From the NCBI GenBank assembly GCA_013585095.1, contig GCA_013585095.1_3039.1: a DNA stretch of 64,000 nt, one strand, 5' to 3'. Below the pieces are notes generated by a model. It made no database searches. It saw nothing but the letters and a program-made list of their open reading frames with translations, and was not told the DNA's origin. Position 1 is the first letter of the stretch, and every line of letters starts with the position of its first letter. A program made the translations under genes and the position numbers. The DNA comes from a phage. Below are positions 8,920 to 18,914 of this stretch, piece by piece.

Positions 8920-10598
8920 AGAATTTTAAACTAAACCGAGTTAGGTATCAAAATATAATGTCAGTAGGTGGAAATCCTATTGACATTCAACTAGATAAGG
9001 TTCAAAAAACTCTTATTACTGGACGAAATGGCGGTGGTAAGTCTACTATGCTAGAAGCCATCACATTTGGGCTTTTTGGTAAGCCATTTCGTGATGTAAA
9101 GAAAGGTCAATTAATAAACAGCACAAATAAGAAAGAACTTTTAGTTGAACTGTGGATGGAATATGATGAGAAAAAGTACTATATCAAAAGAGGACAAAAA
9201 CCAAACGTTTTCGAAATCACCGTTAACGGTACACGTCTTAATGAATCTGCCAGCAGTAAAGATTTCCAAGCAGAATTTGAACAGCTTATCGGAATGTCAT
9301 ATGCCAGTTTCAAGCAGATTGTTGTCCTTGGTACAGCAGGGTATACCCCTTTCATGGGTTTGTCGACCCCTGCGCGAAGAAAGCTTGTGGAAGACCTGCT
9401 TGAGGTAGGAACATTAGCTGAAATGGATAAGCTTAATAAAGCACTAATACGTGAATTAAATTCACAAAACCAAGTGCTTGATGTTAAAAAAGATAGTATT
9501 ATCCAACAAATTAAAATATATAATGATAACGTTGAACGCCAGAAAAAATTAACGGGTGACAACCTTACACGTCTTCAAAATATGTATGATGATTTGGCAA
9601 AAGAAGCTAGAACGCTAAAATCGGAAATAGAAGAAGCTAACGAAAGATTAGTTAATATTGTTTTGGATGAAGACCCGACTGATGCATTTAATAAAATCGG
9701 TCAAGAAGCATTTTTAATTAAATCAAAAATTGATTCGTATAATAAAGTCATTAATATGTATCACGAAGGTGGATTATGTCCAACCTGTTTGTCACAATTA
9801 AGTTCCGGTGATAAAGTTGTTTCTAAAATTAAAGATAAAGTTTCTGAATGCACGCATTCATTTGAACAGCTTTCAACACATCGTGATAATTTAAAAGTTC
9901 TTGTTGATGAATACCGAGATAATATTAAAACCCAGCAGACGTTGGCAAATGATATTCGCAATAAAAAGCAATCTCTAATCACGACGGTAGATAAAGCTAA
10001 AAAAGTTAAAGCAGCTATAGAAAAAGCATCATCCGAGTTTATTGACCATGCTGATGAAATAGCACTGCTTCAAGAAGAACTTGATAAAATTGTTAAGACA
10101 AAAACTAATTTAGTAATGGAAAAATACCACAGAGGAATTTTGACTGACATGCTCAAAGATTCTGGTATTAAAGGTGCTATTATTAAAAAGTACATTCCAT
10201 TATTTAATAAGCAGATTAACCATTATCTTAAAATAATGGAAGCGGATTATGTGTTTACATTAGATGAAGAATTTAATGAGACAATTAAATCCCGTGGTCG
10301 TGAAGATTTTAGTTATGCTTCATTTAGTCAAGGTGAAAAAGCACGAATTGATATTGCTCTTTTATTTACTTGGCGTGATATTGCTGAAAAAGTTTCAGGT
10401 GTTAAAATAAACACACTAATTCTTGATGAAGTTTTTGATTCAGCGACCGACGTTGAAGGTGTAAAAGCTATTTCAACTATTTTAGATAGTTTAAAAAATA
10501 CTAATGTTTTTGTTATTTCACATAGAGACCATGACCCGCAAGCATACGGTCAGCATCTTCAAATGAAGAAAGTTGGTCGATTTACTGTAATGGTTTAA
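8916..10598 (+). CDS. 46: recombination endonuclease subunit gp46 (Rad50/SbcC-like ATPase)
   Basis: 560 aa; Walker A GRNGGGKST, zinc hook CPTC, D-loop LILDEVFD; GTG start after AAGGAA. Confidence 0.93.
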   Translation: MKNFKLNRVRYQNIMSVGGNPIDIQLDKVQKTLITGRNGGGKSTMLEAITFGLFGKPFRDVKKGQLINSTNKKELLVELWMEYDEKKYYIKRGQKPNVFEITVNGTRLNESASSKDFQAEFEQLIGMSYASFKQIVVLGTAGYTPFMGLSTPARRKLVEDLLEVGTLAEMDKLNKALIRELNSQNQVLDVKKDSIIQQIKIYNDNVERQKKLTGDNLTRLQNMYDDLAKEARTLKSEIEEANERLVNIVLDEDPTDAFNKIGQEAFLIKSKIDSYNKVINMYHEGGLCPTCLSQLSSGDKVVSKIKDKVSECTHSFEQLSTHRDNLKVLVDEYRDNIKTQQTLANDIRNKKQSLITTVDKAKKVKAAIEKASSEFIDHADEIALLQEELDKIVKTKTNLVMEKYHRGILTDMLKDSGIKGAIIKKYIPLFNKQINHYLKIMEADYVFTLDEEFNETIKSRGREDFSYASFSQGEKARIDIALLFTWRDIAEKVSGVKINTLILDEVFDSATDVEGVKAISTILDSLKNTNVFVISHRDHDPQAYGQHLQMKKVGRFTVMV

Positions 10599-10612
10599 TT
10601 TATAAGAGATTA

Positions 10613-10636
10613 TGCTTTAATTTATTAGAGTATAAT
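10613..10636 (+). promoter_or_regulatory. MotA-box middle promoter
   Basis: TGCTTTA, 11-nt spacer, TATAAT; flanked by 9-bp inverted repeat AGAGATTAT/ATAATCTCT. Confidence 0.55.
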
Positions 10637-10653
10637 CTCTATGGAGGAAAAAC

Positions 10654-10842
10654 ATGGAATATTCAACTGGACAGCATCTATTAACTATTCCTGAAATAAA
10701 ACGATATATTCTGAGAAATAATTTTTCTAATGAAGAGCATATAGTTACTGAATATATGCTTAGGAATGCATTTAAAGCAGAATATACAAAAATAATGTCC
10801 AATAGAAATGAAGCTTGGACTGTTACTGATTATTATGACTAA
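10654..10842 (+). CDS. hypothetical protein (T4 45.2 position)
   Basis: 62-aa ORF with GGAGG SD. Confidence 0.55.
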   Translation: MEYSTGQHLLTIPEIKRYILRNNFSNEEHIVTEYMLRNAFKAEYTKIMSNRNEAWTVTDYYD

Positions 10843-10851
10843 AGGTGTATT

Positions 10852-11241
10852 ATGACTAAAATTACTGTGAATTATACTGTTGATGTAAAAGATATTCAGC
10901 CAAAACACGTGCGTTCTGAATCAAATCCACAAAACCAAAATAAAATTCGTCGAGCATGGGTTTTGTCTCTTTCTGATAACGCAATGGAAGTTATTCAGAA
11001 CAAAATTAAATCTGCACCTGCTCGTCATGCGTATTATGAAGCTATCGATCGTGAAGTAAGTAATAAATGGATTGAACTAATGCGCAAACATACTGCAGAA
11101 TCCCTAAACGCCGGTGCTAAATTTATTATGACTTCATGTGGTGAACGCCTTGAAGATGAATATTGCGGTAATGCAGATGAACGCCTAATTGTCGCTGCTC
11201 AAATTGTTGCGGAAACAATTGCTGCTGATTTTAATCGTTAA
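10852..11241 (+). CDS. rpbA: RNA polymerase-binding protein RpbA
   Basis: 129 aa, located immediately upstream of gene 45 as in T4. Confidence 0.7.
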   Translation: MTKITVNYTVDVKDIQPKHVRSESNPQNQNKIRRAWVLSLSDNAMEVIQNKIKSAPARHAYYEAIDREVSNKWIELMRKHTAESLNAGAKFIMTSCGERLEDEYCGNADERLIVAAQIVAETIAADFNR

Positions 11242-11296
11242 TTGCTTTATTAAATTAGTTATAAAATTAAATCTCATTTGAATTGAAGGAAATTAC

Positions 11297-11983
11297 ATGA
11301 AACTGTCTAAAGATACCACTGCTCTGCTCAAAAATTTCGCTACTATTAACTCTGGTATTATGCTTAAATCCGGTCAATTTATTATGACTCGCGCGGTTAA
11401 TGGTACAACTTATGCAGAAGCAAATATTTCTGACACTATTGATTTTGATGTAGCGATTTACGATTTGAACGGTTTTCTCGGTATTCTGTCTCTAGTTAAT
11501 GACGATGCAGAAATTTCCCAGTCAGAAGATGGAAATATTAAAATTGCTGATGCCCGTTCAACAATTTTTTGGCCAGCAGCTGATCCGAGTACAGTAGTTG
11601 CTCCTAATAAACCAATTCCATTCCCGGTAGCATCTGTTGTTACCGAAATTAAAGCTGAAGACCTTCAACAACTGTTGCGTGTATCTCGTGGTCTGCAGAT
11701 TGATACAATTGCTATCACAGTAAAAGAAGGTAAAATCGTAATTAACGGTTTTAATAAAGTAGAAGATTCTGCTTTGACCCGCGTTAAATATTCTTTGACT
11801 CTTGGTGATTATGATGGTGAAAATACATTTAATTTCATTATCAATATGGCAAATATGAAAATGCAACCAGGAAATTACAAACTTCTGCTTTGGGCAAAAG
11901 GTAAACAGGGTGCTGCTAAATTTGAAGGTGAACACGCGAATTATGTAGTAGCTCTTGAAGCTGATTCTACCCACGATTTTTAA
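11297..11983 (+). CDS. 45: sliding clamp gp45
   Basis: 228 aa; T4 synteny before 44/62. Confidence 0.93.
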   Translation: MKLSKDTTALLKNFATINSGIMLKSGQFIMTRAVNGTTYAEANISDTIDFDVAIYDLNGFLGILSLVNDDAEISQSEDGNIKIADARSTIFWPAADPSTVVAPNKPIPFPVASVVTEIKAEDLQQLLRVSRGLQIDTIAITVKEGKIVINGFNKVEDSALTRVKYSLTLGDYDGENTFNFIINMANMKMQPGNYKLLLWAKGKQGAAKFEGEHANYVVALEADSTHDF

Positions 11984-11985
11984 TA

Positions 11986-12003
11986 GAGGGCTTCGGCCCT
12001 TTA
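11986..12003 (+). terminator. rho-independent terminator-like hairpin
   Basis: AGGGC-TTCG-GCCCT then TTTAT. Confidence 0.6.
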
Positions 12004-12034
12004 TAATTTACACTAAAACTTGAATGAGGAAATT

Positions 12035-12994
12035 ATGATTACCGTAAATGAAAAAGAACACATTCTTGAACAGAAATATCGTCCATCTACTATCGATGAA
12101 TGTATTCTTCCCGCCTTTGATAAAGAAACCTTTAAATCTATTACAAGTAAAGGTAAAATTCCACATATTATTCTTCATTCTCCTTCTCCAGGAACAGGTA
12201 AAACAACTGTAGCAAAAGCATTGTGTCATGATGTAAATGCTGATATGATGTTTGTGAATGGATCAGACTGTAAAATTGATTTCGTTCGTGGTCCTTTGAC
12301 TAATTTTGCTAGTGCAGCTTCATTTGATGGTCGTCAAAAAGTAATCGTTATTGATGAATTTGACCGTTCAGGGCTAGCAGAGTCTCAGCGACATCTTCGT
12401 TCCTTTATGGAAGCTTATAGTTCGAACTGTAGTATTATTATTACTGCTAACAATATTGATGGTATTATTAAACCACTTCAGTCACGCTGCCGAGTTATTA
12501 CGTTCGGTCAACCGACCGATGAAGATAAAATTGAAATGATGAAGCAGATGATTCGTCGATTGACTGAAATCTGTAAACATGAAGGTATTGCTATAGCTGA
12601 TATGAAAGTTGTAGCAGCTTTGGTTAAAAAGAATTTTCCTGATTTTCGTAAAACTATTGGCGAGCTCGATAGTTATTCATCTAAAGGTGTTTTGGATGCT
12701 GGTATTTTATCACTGGTTACTAACGATCGTGGTGCTATTGATGATGTTCTTGAGTCTCTCAAAAATAAAGATGTTAAACAACTCAGAGCTTTAGCACCAA
12801 AATATGCAGCCGATTATTCGTGGTTCGTGGGTAAACTTGCCGAAGAAATCTATTCACGTGTAACTCCACAGAGTATTATTCGTATGTACGAAATTGTCGG
12901 CGAAAATAATCAGTATCATGGTATTGCAGCTAATACTGAACTGCATTTAGCTTATCTTTTCATTCAGTTAGCATGTGAAATGCAGTGGAAGTGA
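12035..12994 (+). CDS. 44: clamp loader large subunit gp44 (AAA+)
   Basis: ORF-track TTG at 12020 trimmed to ATG after GAGGAAA; Walker A GTGKTT, DEFD, SRC motif. Confidence 0.93.
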
Positions 12995-12995
12995 T

Positions 12996-13559
12996 ATGAG
13001 CTTATTTGAAGATGATATTCAATTAAACGAGCATCAAGTTGCTTGGTATTCAAAAGATTGGACAGCTGTCCAATCCGCTGCTGATTCTTTTAAAGAAAAA
13101 GCTGAAAATGAGTTTTTTGAAATAATTGGAGCTATTAATAATAAAACTAAATGCTCTATTGCTCAAAAAGATTATTCAAAATTCATGGTTGAAAATGCAT
13201 TATCACAATTTCCAGAGTGCATGCCAGCTGTATATGCTATGAATTTAATTGGATCAGGCTTAAGTGATGAAGCTCATTTTAATTATCTAATGGCTGCAGT
13301 TCCTCGTGGTAAAAGATATGGTAAATGGGCAAAACTAGTTGAAGATTCCACCGAAGTATTGATTATTAAGTTAATTGCTAAGCGGTATCAAGTTAATACA
13401 AATGATGCAATTAACTATAAATCAATTCTTACTAAAAATGGAAAACTTCCTTTAGTATTAAAAGAACTAAAAGGTTTAGTCACGGATGATTTTTTGAAAG
13501 AAGTGACTAAGAACGTAAAAGAACAGAAACAACTCAAAAAACTAGCATTGGAATGGTAA
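12996..13559 (+). CDS. 62: clamp loader small subunit gp62
   Basis: ORF-track GTG at 12975 trimmed; ATG 1 nt after gene 44 stop; 187 aa. Confidence 0.9.
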   Translation: MSLFEDDIQLNEHQVAWYSKDWTAVQSAADSFKEKAENEFFEIIGAINNKTKCSIAQKDYSKFMVENALSQFPECMPAVYAMNLIGSGLSDEAHFNYLMAAVPRGKRYGKWAKLVEDSTEVLIIKLIAKRYQVNTNDAINYKSILTKNGKLPLVLKELKGLVTDDFLKEVTKNVKEQKQLKKLALEW

Positions 13560-13560
13560 A

Positions 13561-13929
13561 ATGATTGAAATTACTCTTAAAAAACCTGAAGATTTTCTGA
13601 AAGTAAAAGAAACTTTGACTCGTATGGGAATTGCTAATAATAAAGATAAAGTTCTGTATCAGTCCTGTCATATTCTTCAGAAAAAAGGACTATACTATAT
13701 CGTTCATTTTAAAGAAATGCTTCGTATGGATGGTCGTCAAGTTGAAATGACAGAAGAAGATGAAGTTCGTCGTGATTCGATTGCATGGTTGTTAGAAGAT
13801 TGGGGATTGATTGAAATCGTTCCTGGTCAAAGAACTTTTATGAAAGATTTAACTAATAACTTCCGAGTTATTTCTTTTAAACAAAAACATGAATGGAAAC
13901 TCGTTCCTAAATATACGATTGGTAATTAA
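13561..13929 (+). CDS. regA: translational repressor RegA
   Basis: 122 aa, between 62 and 43 as in T4. Confidence 0.88.
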   Translation: MIEITLKKPEDFLKVKETLTRMGIANNKDKVLYQSCHILQKKGLYYIVHFKEMLRMDGRQVEMTEEDEVRRDSIAWLLEDWGLIEIVPGQRTFMKDLTNNFRVISFKQKHEWKLVPKYTIGN

Positions 13930-13939
13930 GGTAAATTAT

Positions 13940-14176
13940 ATGACACAATCAGAGATTCAGTTTACCGAAGCTTTTCTAATATTCGAAAATCTAAAACAAA
14001 CATATGGTCTGTCTTCTACCCAACTGGTTTTTGACCTCCCGGAAGATAAACAAATAGAATTCCAAAAAGAATTCCAACGATTAGTTTACCCACGCCAACG
14101 CGCATTTCATGCGATTATCAAAACCACAAATACAGATGGCAAGTCCGTTATATCGCGTCGTACAATAGAAATTTAA
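13940..14176 (+). CDS. hypothetical protein
   Basis: ORF-track 13889 trimmed to ATG after AAGG; 78 aa. Confidence 0.45.
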   Translation: MTQSEIQFTEAFLIFENLKQTYGLSSTQLVFDLPEDKQIEFQKEFQRLVYPRQRAFHAIIKTTNTDGKSVISRRTIEI

Positions 14177-14180
14177 AGCA

Positions 14181-14202
14181 AAGGGGCTTCGGCCCCTTAT
14201 TT
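14181..14202 (+). terminator. rho-independent terminator
   Basis: AAGGGGC-TTCG-GCCCCTT then ATTT. Confidence 0.65.
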
Positions 14203-14219
14203 GGAGTATAATATATCAA

Positions 14220-14256
14220 GAGCCTAATAACTCGGGCTATAAACTAAGGAATATCT
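14220..14256 (+). promoter_or_regulatory. gene 43 translational operator hairpin plus SD
   Basis: AGCCU-AAUAACUC-GGGCU hairpin (5-bp stem, 8-nt loop) then AAGGA and ATG; matches the known gp43 autoregulatory RNA site. Confidence 0.8.
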
Positions 14257-16953
14257 ATGAAAGAATTTTATATCTCTATTGAAACAGTCGGAAATAACAT
14301 TGTTGAGCGTTATATTGATGAAAATGGAAATGAACGTACTCGTGAAGTAGAATATCTTCCAACTATGTTTAGGCATTGTAAGGAAGAGTCAAAGTACAAA
14401 GACATCTATGGTAAAAACTGCGCTCCTCAAAAATTTCCATCAATGAAAGATGCTCGAGATTGGATGAAACGAATGGAAGACATCGGTCTCGAAGCTCTCG
14501 GTATGAACGATTTTAAACTCGCTTATATCAGTGATACATACGGTTCAGAAATTGTTTATGACCGAAAATTTGTTCGTGTAGCTAACTGTGACATTGAGGT
14601 TACTGGTGATAAATTTCCTGACCCAATGAAATCTGAATATGAAATTGATGCTATCACTCATTACGATTCAATTGATGATCGTTTTTATGTTTTCGACCTT
14701 TTGAATTCAATGTACGGTTCAGTATCAAAATGGGATGCAAAGTTAGCTGCTAAGCTTGACTGTGAAGGTGGTGATGAAGTTCCTCAAGAAATTCTTGACC
14801 GAGTAATTTATATGCCATTCGATAATGAGCGTGATATGCTCATGGAATATATTAATCTTTGGGAACAGAAACGACCTGCTATTTTTACTGGTTGGAATAT
14901 TGAGGGATTTGACGTTCCGTATATCATGAATCGCGTTAAAATGGTTCTCGGTGAACGTAGTATGAAACGCTTCTCTCCAATCGGTCGAGTAAAATCTAAA
15001 CTTATCCAAAATATGTACGGTAGCAAAGAAATTTATTCTATTGATGGCGTATCTATTCTTGATTATTTAGATTTGTATAAGAAATTCGCATTTACTAATT
15101 TGCCGTCATTCTCTTTGGAATCAGTTGCTCAGCATGAAACCAAAAAAGGTAAATTACCATACGACGGTCCTATTAATAAACTTCGTGAGACTAATCATCA
15201 ACGATACATTAGTTATAACATCATTGACGTAGAATCAGTTCAAGCAATTGATAAAATTCGCGGGTTTATCGATCTAGTTTTAAGTATGTCTTATTACGCT
15301 AAAATGCCTTTTTCCGGTGTAATGAGTCCTATTAAAACTTGGGATGCTATTATTTTTAACTCATTGAAAGGTGAACATAAGGTTATTCCTCAACAAGGTT
15401 CGCACGTTAAACAGAGTTTTCCGGGTGCATTTGTGTTTGAACCTAAACCAATTGCTCGTCGATATATTATGAGTTTTGACTTGACGTCTCTGTATCCGAG
15501 CATTATTCGTCAGGTTAACATTAGTCCTGAGACTATTCGTGGGCAGTTTAAAGTTCATCCAATTCATGAATATATCGCAGGAACAGCTCCTAAACCAAGT
15601 GATGAATATTCTTGTTCTCCGAATGGATGGATGTATGATAAGCATCAAGAAGGTATCATTCCAAAGGAAATCGCTAAAGTATTTTTCCAGCGTAAAGATT
15701 GGAAAAAGAAAATGTTCGCTGAAGAAATGAATGCCGAAGCTATTAAAAAGATTATTATGAAAGGCGCAGGGTCTTGTTCAACTAAACCTGAAGTTGAACG
15801 ATATGTTAAGTTCAGTGATGATTTCTTAAATGAATTATCGAATTACACTGAATCTGTTCTTAATAGTCTGATCGAAGAATGTGAAAAAGCGGCTACACTT
15901 GCTAACACAAATCAGCTGAACCGTAAAATTCTTATTAACAGTCTTTATGGTGCTCTTGGTAATATTCATTTCCGTTACTATGATTTGCGAAATGCTACTG
16001 CTATCACAATTTTCGGCCAAGTTGGTATTCAGTGGATTGCTCGTAAAATTAATGAATATCTGAATAAAGTATGCGGAACTAATGGCGAAGATTTCATTGC
16101 AGCAGGTGATACTGATTCGGTATATGTTTGTGTAGATAAAGTTATTGAAAAAGTTGGTCTTGACCGATTCAAAGAGCAGAACGATTTAGTTGAATTCATG
16201 AATCAGTTCGGTAAGAAAAAGATGGAACCTATGATTGATGTTGCATATCGTGAGTTATGTGATTATATGAATAACCGCGAGCATCTGATGCATATGGACC
16301 GTGAAGCTATTTCTTGCCCTCCGCTTGGTTCAAAGGGTGTTGGTGGATTTTGGAAAGCGAAAAAGCGTTATGCTCTGAACGTTTATGATATGGAAGATAA
16401 GCGTTTTGCTGAACCACATCTAAAAATCATGGGTATGGAAACTCAGCAGAGTTCAACGCCTAAAGCGGTTCAAGAAGCTCTCGAAGAAAGTATTCGTCGT
16501 ATTCTTCAGGAAGGTGAAGAGTCTGTCCAAGAATATTACAAGAACTTCGAGAAAGAATATCGTCAACTTGACTATAAAGTTATTGCTGAAGTAAAAACTG
16601 CGAACGATATAGCGAAATATGATGATAAAGGTTGGCCAGGATTTAAATGTCCGTTCCATATTCGTGGTGTGCTAACTTATCGTCGAGCTGTTAGCGGTTT
16701 AGGTGTAGCTCCAATTTTGGATGGAAATAAAGTAATGGTTCTTCCATTGCGTGAAGGAAATCCATTTGGTGACAAATGCATTGCTTGGCCGTCGGGTACA
16801 GAACTTCCAAAAGAAATTCGTTCTGACGTACTGTCTTGGATTGACTACTCAACTTTGTTCCAAAAATCGTTTGTTAAACCGCTTGCGGGCATGTGTGAAT
16901 CGGCTGGTATGGACTATGAAGAAAAAGCTTCGTTAGACTTCCTGTTTGGCTGA
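14257..16953 (+). CDS. 43: DNA polymerase gp43 (family B)
   Basis: 898 aa; exonuclease motifs DIE/YNIIDV, polymerase motifs DLTSLYPS, KILINSLYG, GDTDS. Confidence 0.95.
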   Translation: MKEFYISIETVGNNIVERYIDENGNERTREVEYLPTMFRHCKEESKYKDIYGKNCAPQKFPSMKDARDWMKRMEDIGLEALGMNDFKLAYISDTYGSEIVYDRKFVRVANCDIEVTGDKFPDPMKSEYEIDAITHYDSIDDRFYVFDLLNSMYGSVSKWDAKLAAKLDCEGGDEVPQEILDRVIYMPFDNERDMLMEYINLWEQKRPAIFTGWNIEGFDVPYIMNRVKMVLGERSMKRFSPIGRVKSKLIQNMYGSKEIYSIDGVSILDYLDLYKKFAFTNLPSFSLESVAQHETKKGKLPYDGPINKLRETNHQRYISYNIIDVESVQAIDKIRGFIDLVLSMSYYAKMPFSGVMSPIKTWDAIIFNSLKGEHKVIPQQGSHVKQSFPGAFVFEPKPIARRYIMSFDLTSLYPSIIRQVNISPETIRGQFKVHPIHEYIAGTAPKPSDEYSCSPNGWMYDKHQEGIIPKEIAKVFFQRKDWKKKMFAEEMNAEAIKKIIMKGAGSCSTKPEVERYVKFSDDFLNELSNYTESVLNSLIEECEKAATLANTNQLNRKILINSLYGALGNIHFRYYDLRNATAITIFGQVGIQWIARKINEYLNKVCGTNGEDFIAAGDTDSVYVCVDKVIEKVGLDRFKEQNDLVEFMNQFGKKKMEPMIDVAYRELCDYMNNREHLMHMDREAISCPPLGSKGVGGFWKAKKRYALNVYDMEDKRFAEPHLKIMGMETQQSSTPKAVQEALEESIRRILQEGEESVQEYYKNFEKEYRQLDYKVIAEVKTANDIAKYDDKGWPGFKCPFHIRGVLTYRRAVSGLGVAPILDGNKVMVLPLREGNPFGDKCIAWPSGTELPKEIRSDVLSWIDYSTLFQKSFVKPLAGMCESAGMDYEEKASLDFLFG

Positions 16954-16966
16954 TAGAATAAATCTA

Positions 16967-16987
16967 GGGACCTCCGGGTCCTTTTTT
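16967..16987 (+). terminator. rho-independent terminator
   Basis: GGACC-TCCG-GGTCC then TTTTTT. Confidence 0.8.
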
Positions 16988-17050
16988 CATACAAGTAATA
17001 TAAATCTATACTTATGAAAAACAGATGATTCTGGACATTTAGAATTCCCT

Positions 17051-17133
17051 AAAAAATTTTCACAAAACTGTTTACAAGACTGTTCTTCCATGGTACTATA
17101 CAACTATCAACTAATACGGATTTGGAGAATAAA
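17051..17133 (+). promoter_or_regulatory. early promoter plus conserved leader cassette (copy 1 of 5)
   Basis: AAAATTTTCACAAAACTGTTTACA, 17 bp, TACTAT -10, then leader ACAACTATCAACTA..GGAG..AAAATG; near-identical copies at 36363, 44328, 44840, 48137. Confidence 0.6.
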
Positions 17134-17370
17134 ATGAAAATTGTTATGGGATGCTTAGCAGTTTGTTTAGTTGCATTAGCAGCAGTTCCATTTGTTAGTG
17201 TTGAAAATGATACTCAACCTGTGATTGAATCTAGCACCGTTATTCACACTAATGGTAAAATATCAGTTAAAATTGATGATAATCTTCATGTGAATACAAA
17301 TGGATCTTTAGGTGTGCAAATGGGTAATACCTGCATAAGCACTACTGGAGTAATTACTACTTGCATTTGA
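17134..17370 (+). CDS. small secreted protein (signal peptide)
   Basis: 78 aa from ATG (ORF-track TTG trimmed); N-terminal MKIVMGCLAVCLVALAAVPFVSV hydrophobic signal. Confidence 0.5.
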   Translation: MKIVMGCLAVCLVALAAVPFVSVENDTQPVIESSTVIHTNGKISVKIDDNLHVNTNGSLGVQMGNTCISTTGVITTCI

Positions 17371-17380
17371 GGAAATTATT

Positions 17381-17761
17381 ATGAAAATCGCTATTTTGGT
17401 TATTGCATTAGGTCTTACTGGTTGTGTATCTCAAGGACCGGTAGTAAATCAGTCTGATGTAGGAAAAATTGTAAACTGTTCAAGCAAATTTTATAATCCT
17501 AATGTCAAGTGTTATAAAGAAGCTCCAAAGCAAACAGTCGAACAAATGCAGGCGAATTTTGACGAAGCTATTCGTCCAGATGAATCTGCTCAAGCATATC
17601 GTAATTCTGATGTAATTACACGCGAAGAAAAAATTGAAAACTACTGCGCCGAAATTTGGGCTAATTGGGCTAATAATTACCAATGGCGTACTGGTAAAAA
17701 TGCTCCGATGGAGTATGTAGTGAATTCTTATAATTCATGTGTAAAAAATTTGACTAAGTGA
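17381..17761 (+). CDS. putative lipoprotein
   Basis: 126 aa; N-terminal MKIAILVIALGLTGC lipobox; Cys-containing mature part. Confidence 0.55.
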   Translation: MKIAILVIALGLTGCVSQGPVVNQSDVGKIVNCSSKFYNPNVKCYKEAPKQTVEQMQANFDEAIRPDESAQAYRNSDVITREEKIENYCAEIWANWANNYQWRTGKNAPMEYVVNSYNSCVKNLTK

Positions 17762-17768
17762 GGAAAAC

Positions 17769-18020
17769 ATGGAAACTTTAGTAGCAGGTTCAATTTTTAT
17801 GGTTTTAGTTTCAGGTGTGTTGGCTATTATTATATACATGCTTCCATGGTTTATCGCCTTGATGCGTGGGTCAAAATCGACAGTAGGAATCTTTTTCACA
17901 TCTTTACTGTTTAACTGGTCAATTATTGGTTGGTTTATTACATTTATTTGGTCAATTGCTGGTGAAACTAAAAAGTCTGCACAGCCAAATCAGGTAATTA
18001 TCATCAGAGAGAAAGAATGA
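17769..18020 (+). CDS. imm: immunity to superinfection membrane protein Imm
   Basis: 83 aa, two hydrophobic helices, located between 43 and 42 as in T4. Confidence 0.75.
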   Translation: METLVAGSIFMVLVSGVLAIIIYMLPWFIALMRGSKSTVGIFFTSLLFNWSIIGWFITFIWSIAGETKKSAQPNQVIIIREKE

Positions 18021-18166
18021 AAAGCAAAATTATAACAGTGTTGCTTTTAATCTTGATGGTTATAATAAGTATATACTATAGCGTAACGGTTCCTCTTATG
18101 ATTCCAACTATTATTTTAGGTTGGGGTTTATTACTGTTACAAGTTAAATATGAATGTATCAATTGA
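18017..18166 (+). CDS. hypothetical small membrane protein (49 aa)
   Basis: ATG overlaps imm stop; hydrophobic; read from sequence. Confidence 0.3.
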   Translation: MKSKIITVLLLILMVIISIYYSVTVPLMIPTIILGWGLLLLQVKYECIN

Positions 18167-18173
18167 GGTTTAA

Positions 18174-18914
18174 ATGATTAGTGACTCTATGACAGTTGAA
18201 GAAATCCGTCTTCATTTGGGGCTTGCATTAAAAGAAAAAGATTTCGTAGTTGATAAAACTGGTGTTAAAACTATTGAAATTATTGGCGCATCATTTGTAG
18301 CAGATGAACCGTTTATTTTTGGTGCTCTTAATGATGAATACATTCAGCGCGAACTTGAATGGTATAAATCTAAGAGCTTGTTTGTTAAAGATATTCCAGG
18401 TGAAACACCAAAGATTTGGCAGCAGGTAGCATCTTCTAAAGGCGAAATTAACTCGAATTATGGTTGGGCTATTTGGTCAGAAGATAACTATGCCCAGTAT
18501 GATATGTGTTTAGCTGAACTTGGTCAAAATCCTGATTCTCGGCGTGGTATCATGATTTATACTCGTCCATCCATGCAATTTGACTACAATAAAGATGGTA
18601 TGTCAGATTTCATGTGTACGAATACAGTACAGTATCTGATTCGTGATAAGAAAGTCAATGCAGTAGTAAGCATGCGTTCAAATGACGTGGTCTTCGGATT
18701 CCGTAATGATTATGCATGGCAAAAATACGTATTAGATAAATTAGTATCTGATTTGAATGCCGGCGATTCAACTCGTCAGTATAAAGCAGGTTCTATTATA
18801 TGGAATGTCGGAAGTCTTCATGTATATTCTCGTCATTTTTACTTGGTTGATCATTGGTGGAATACTGGCGAAACTCATATTGTGAAAAAAGACTATAAAG
18901 GTGAGTGGAAATGA
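18174..18914 (+). CDS. 42: dCMP hydroxymethylase gp42
   Basis: 246 aa, thymidylate-synthase-like; T4 synteny. Confidence 0.92.
   Translation: MISDSMTVEEIRLHLGLALKEKDFVVDKTGVKTIEIIGASFVADEPFIFGALNDEYIQRELEWYKSKSLFVKDIPGETPKIWQQVASSKGEINSNYGWAIWSEDNYAQYDMCLAELGQNPDSRRGIMIYTRPSMQFDYNKDGMSDFMCTNTVQYLIRDKKVNAVVSMRSNDVVFGFRNDYAWQKYVLDKLVSDLNAGDSTRQYKAGSIIWNVGSLHVYSRHFYLVDHWWNTGETHIVKKDYKGEWK

Noticed and set aside
12020-12034. ORF-track N-terminal extensions starting at TTG/GTG (12020, 12975, 26005, 34801, 45573, 46303, 62179, 63358 and others)
   Set aside because: In each case an ATG with a proper SD lies a few codons downstream and gives the conserved N-terminus and expected length; the extensions were trimmed.
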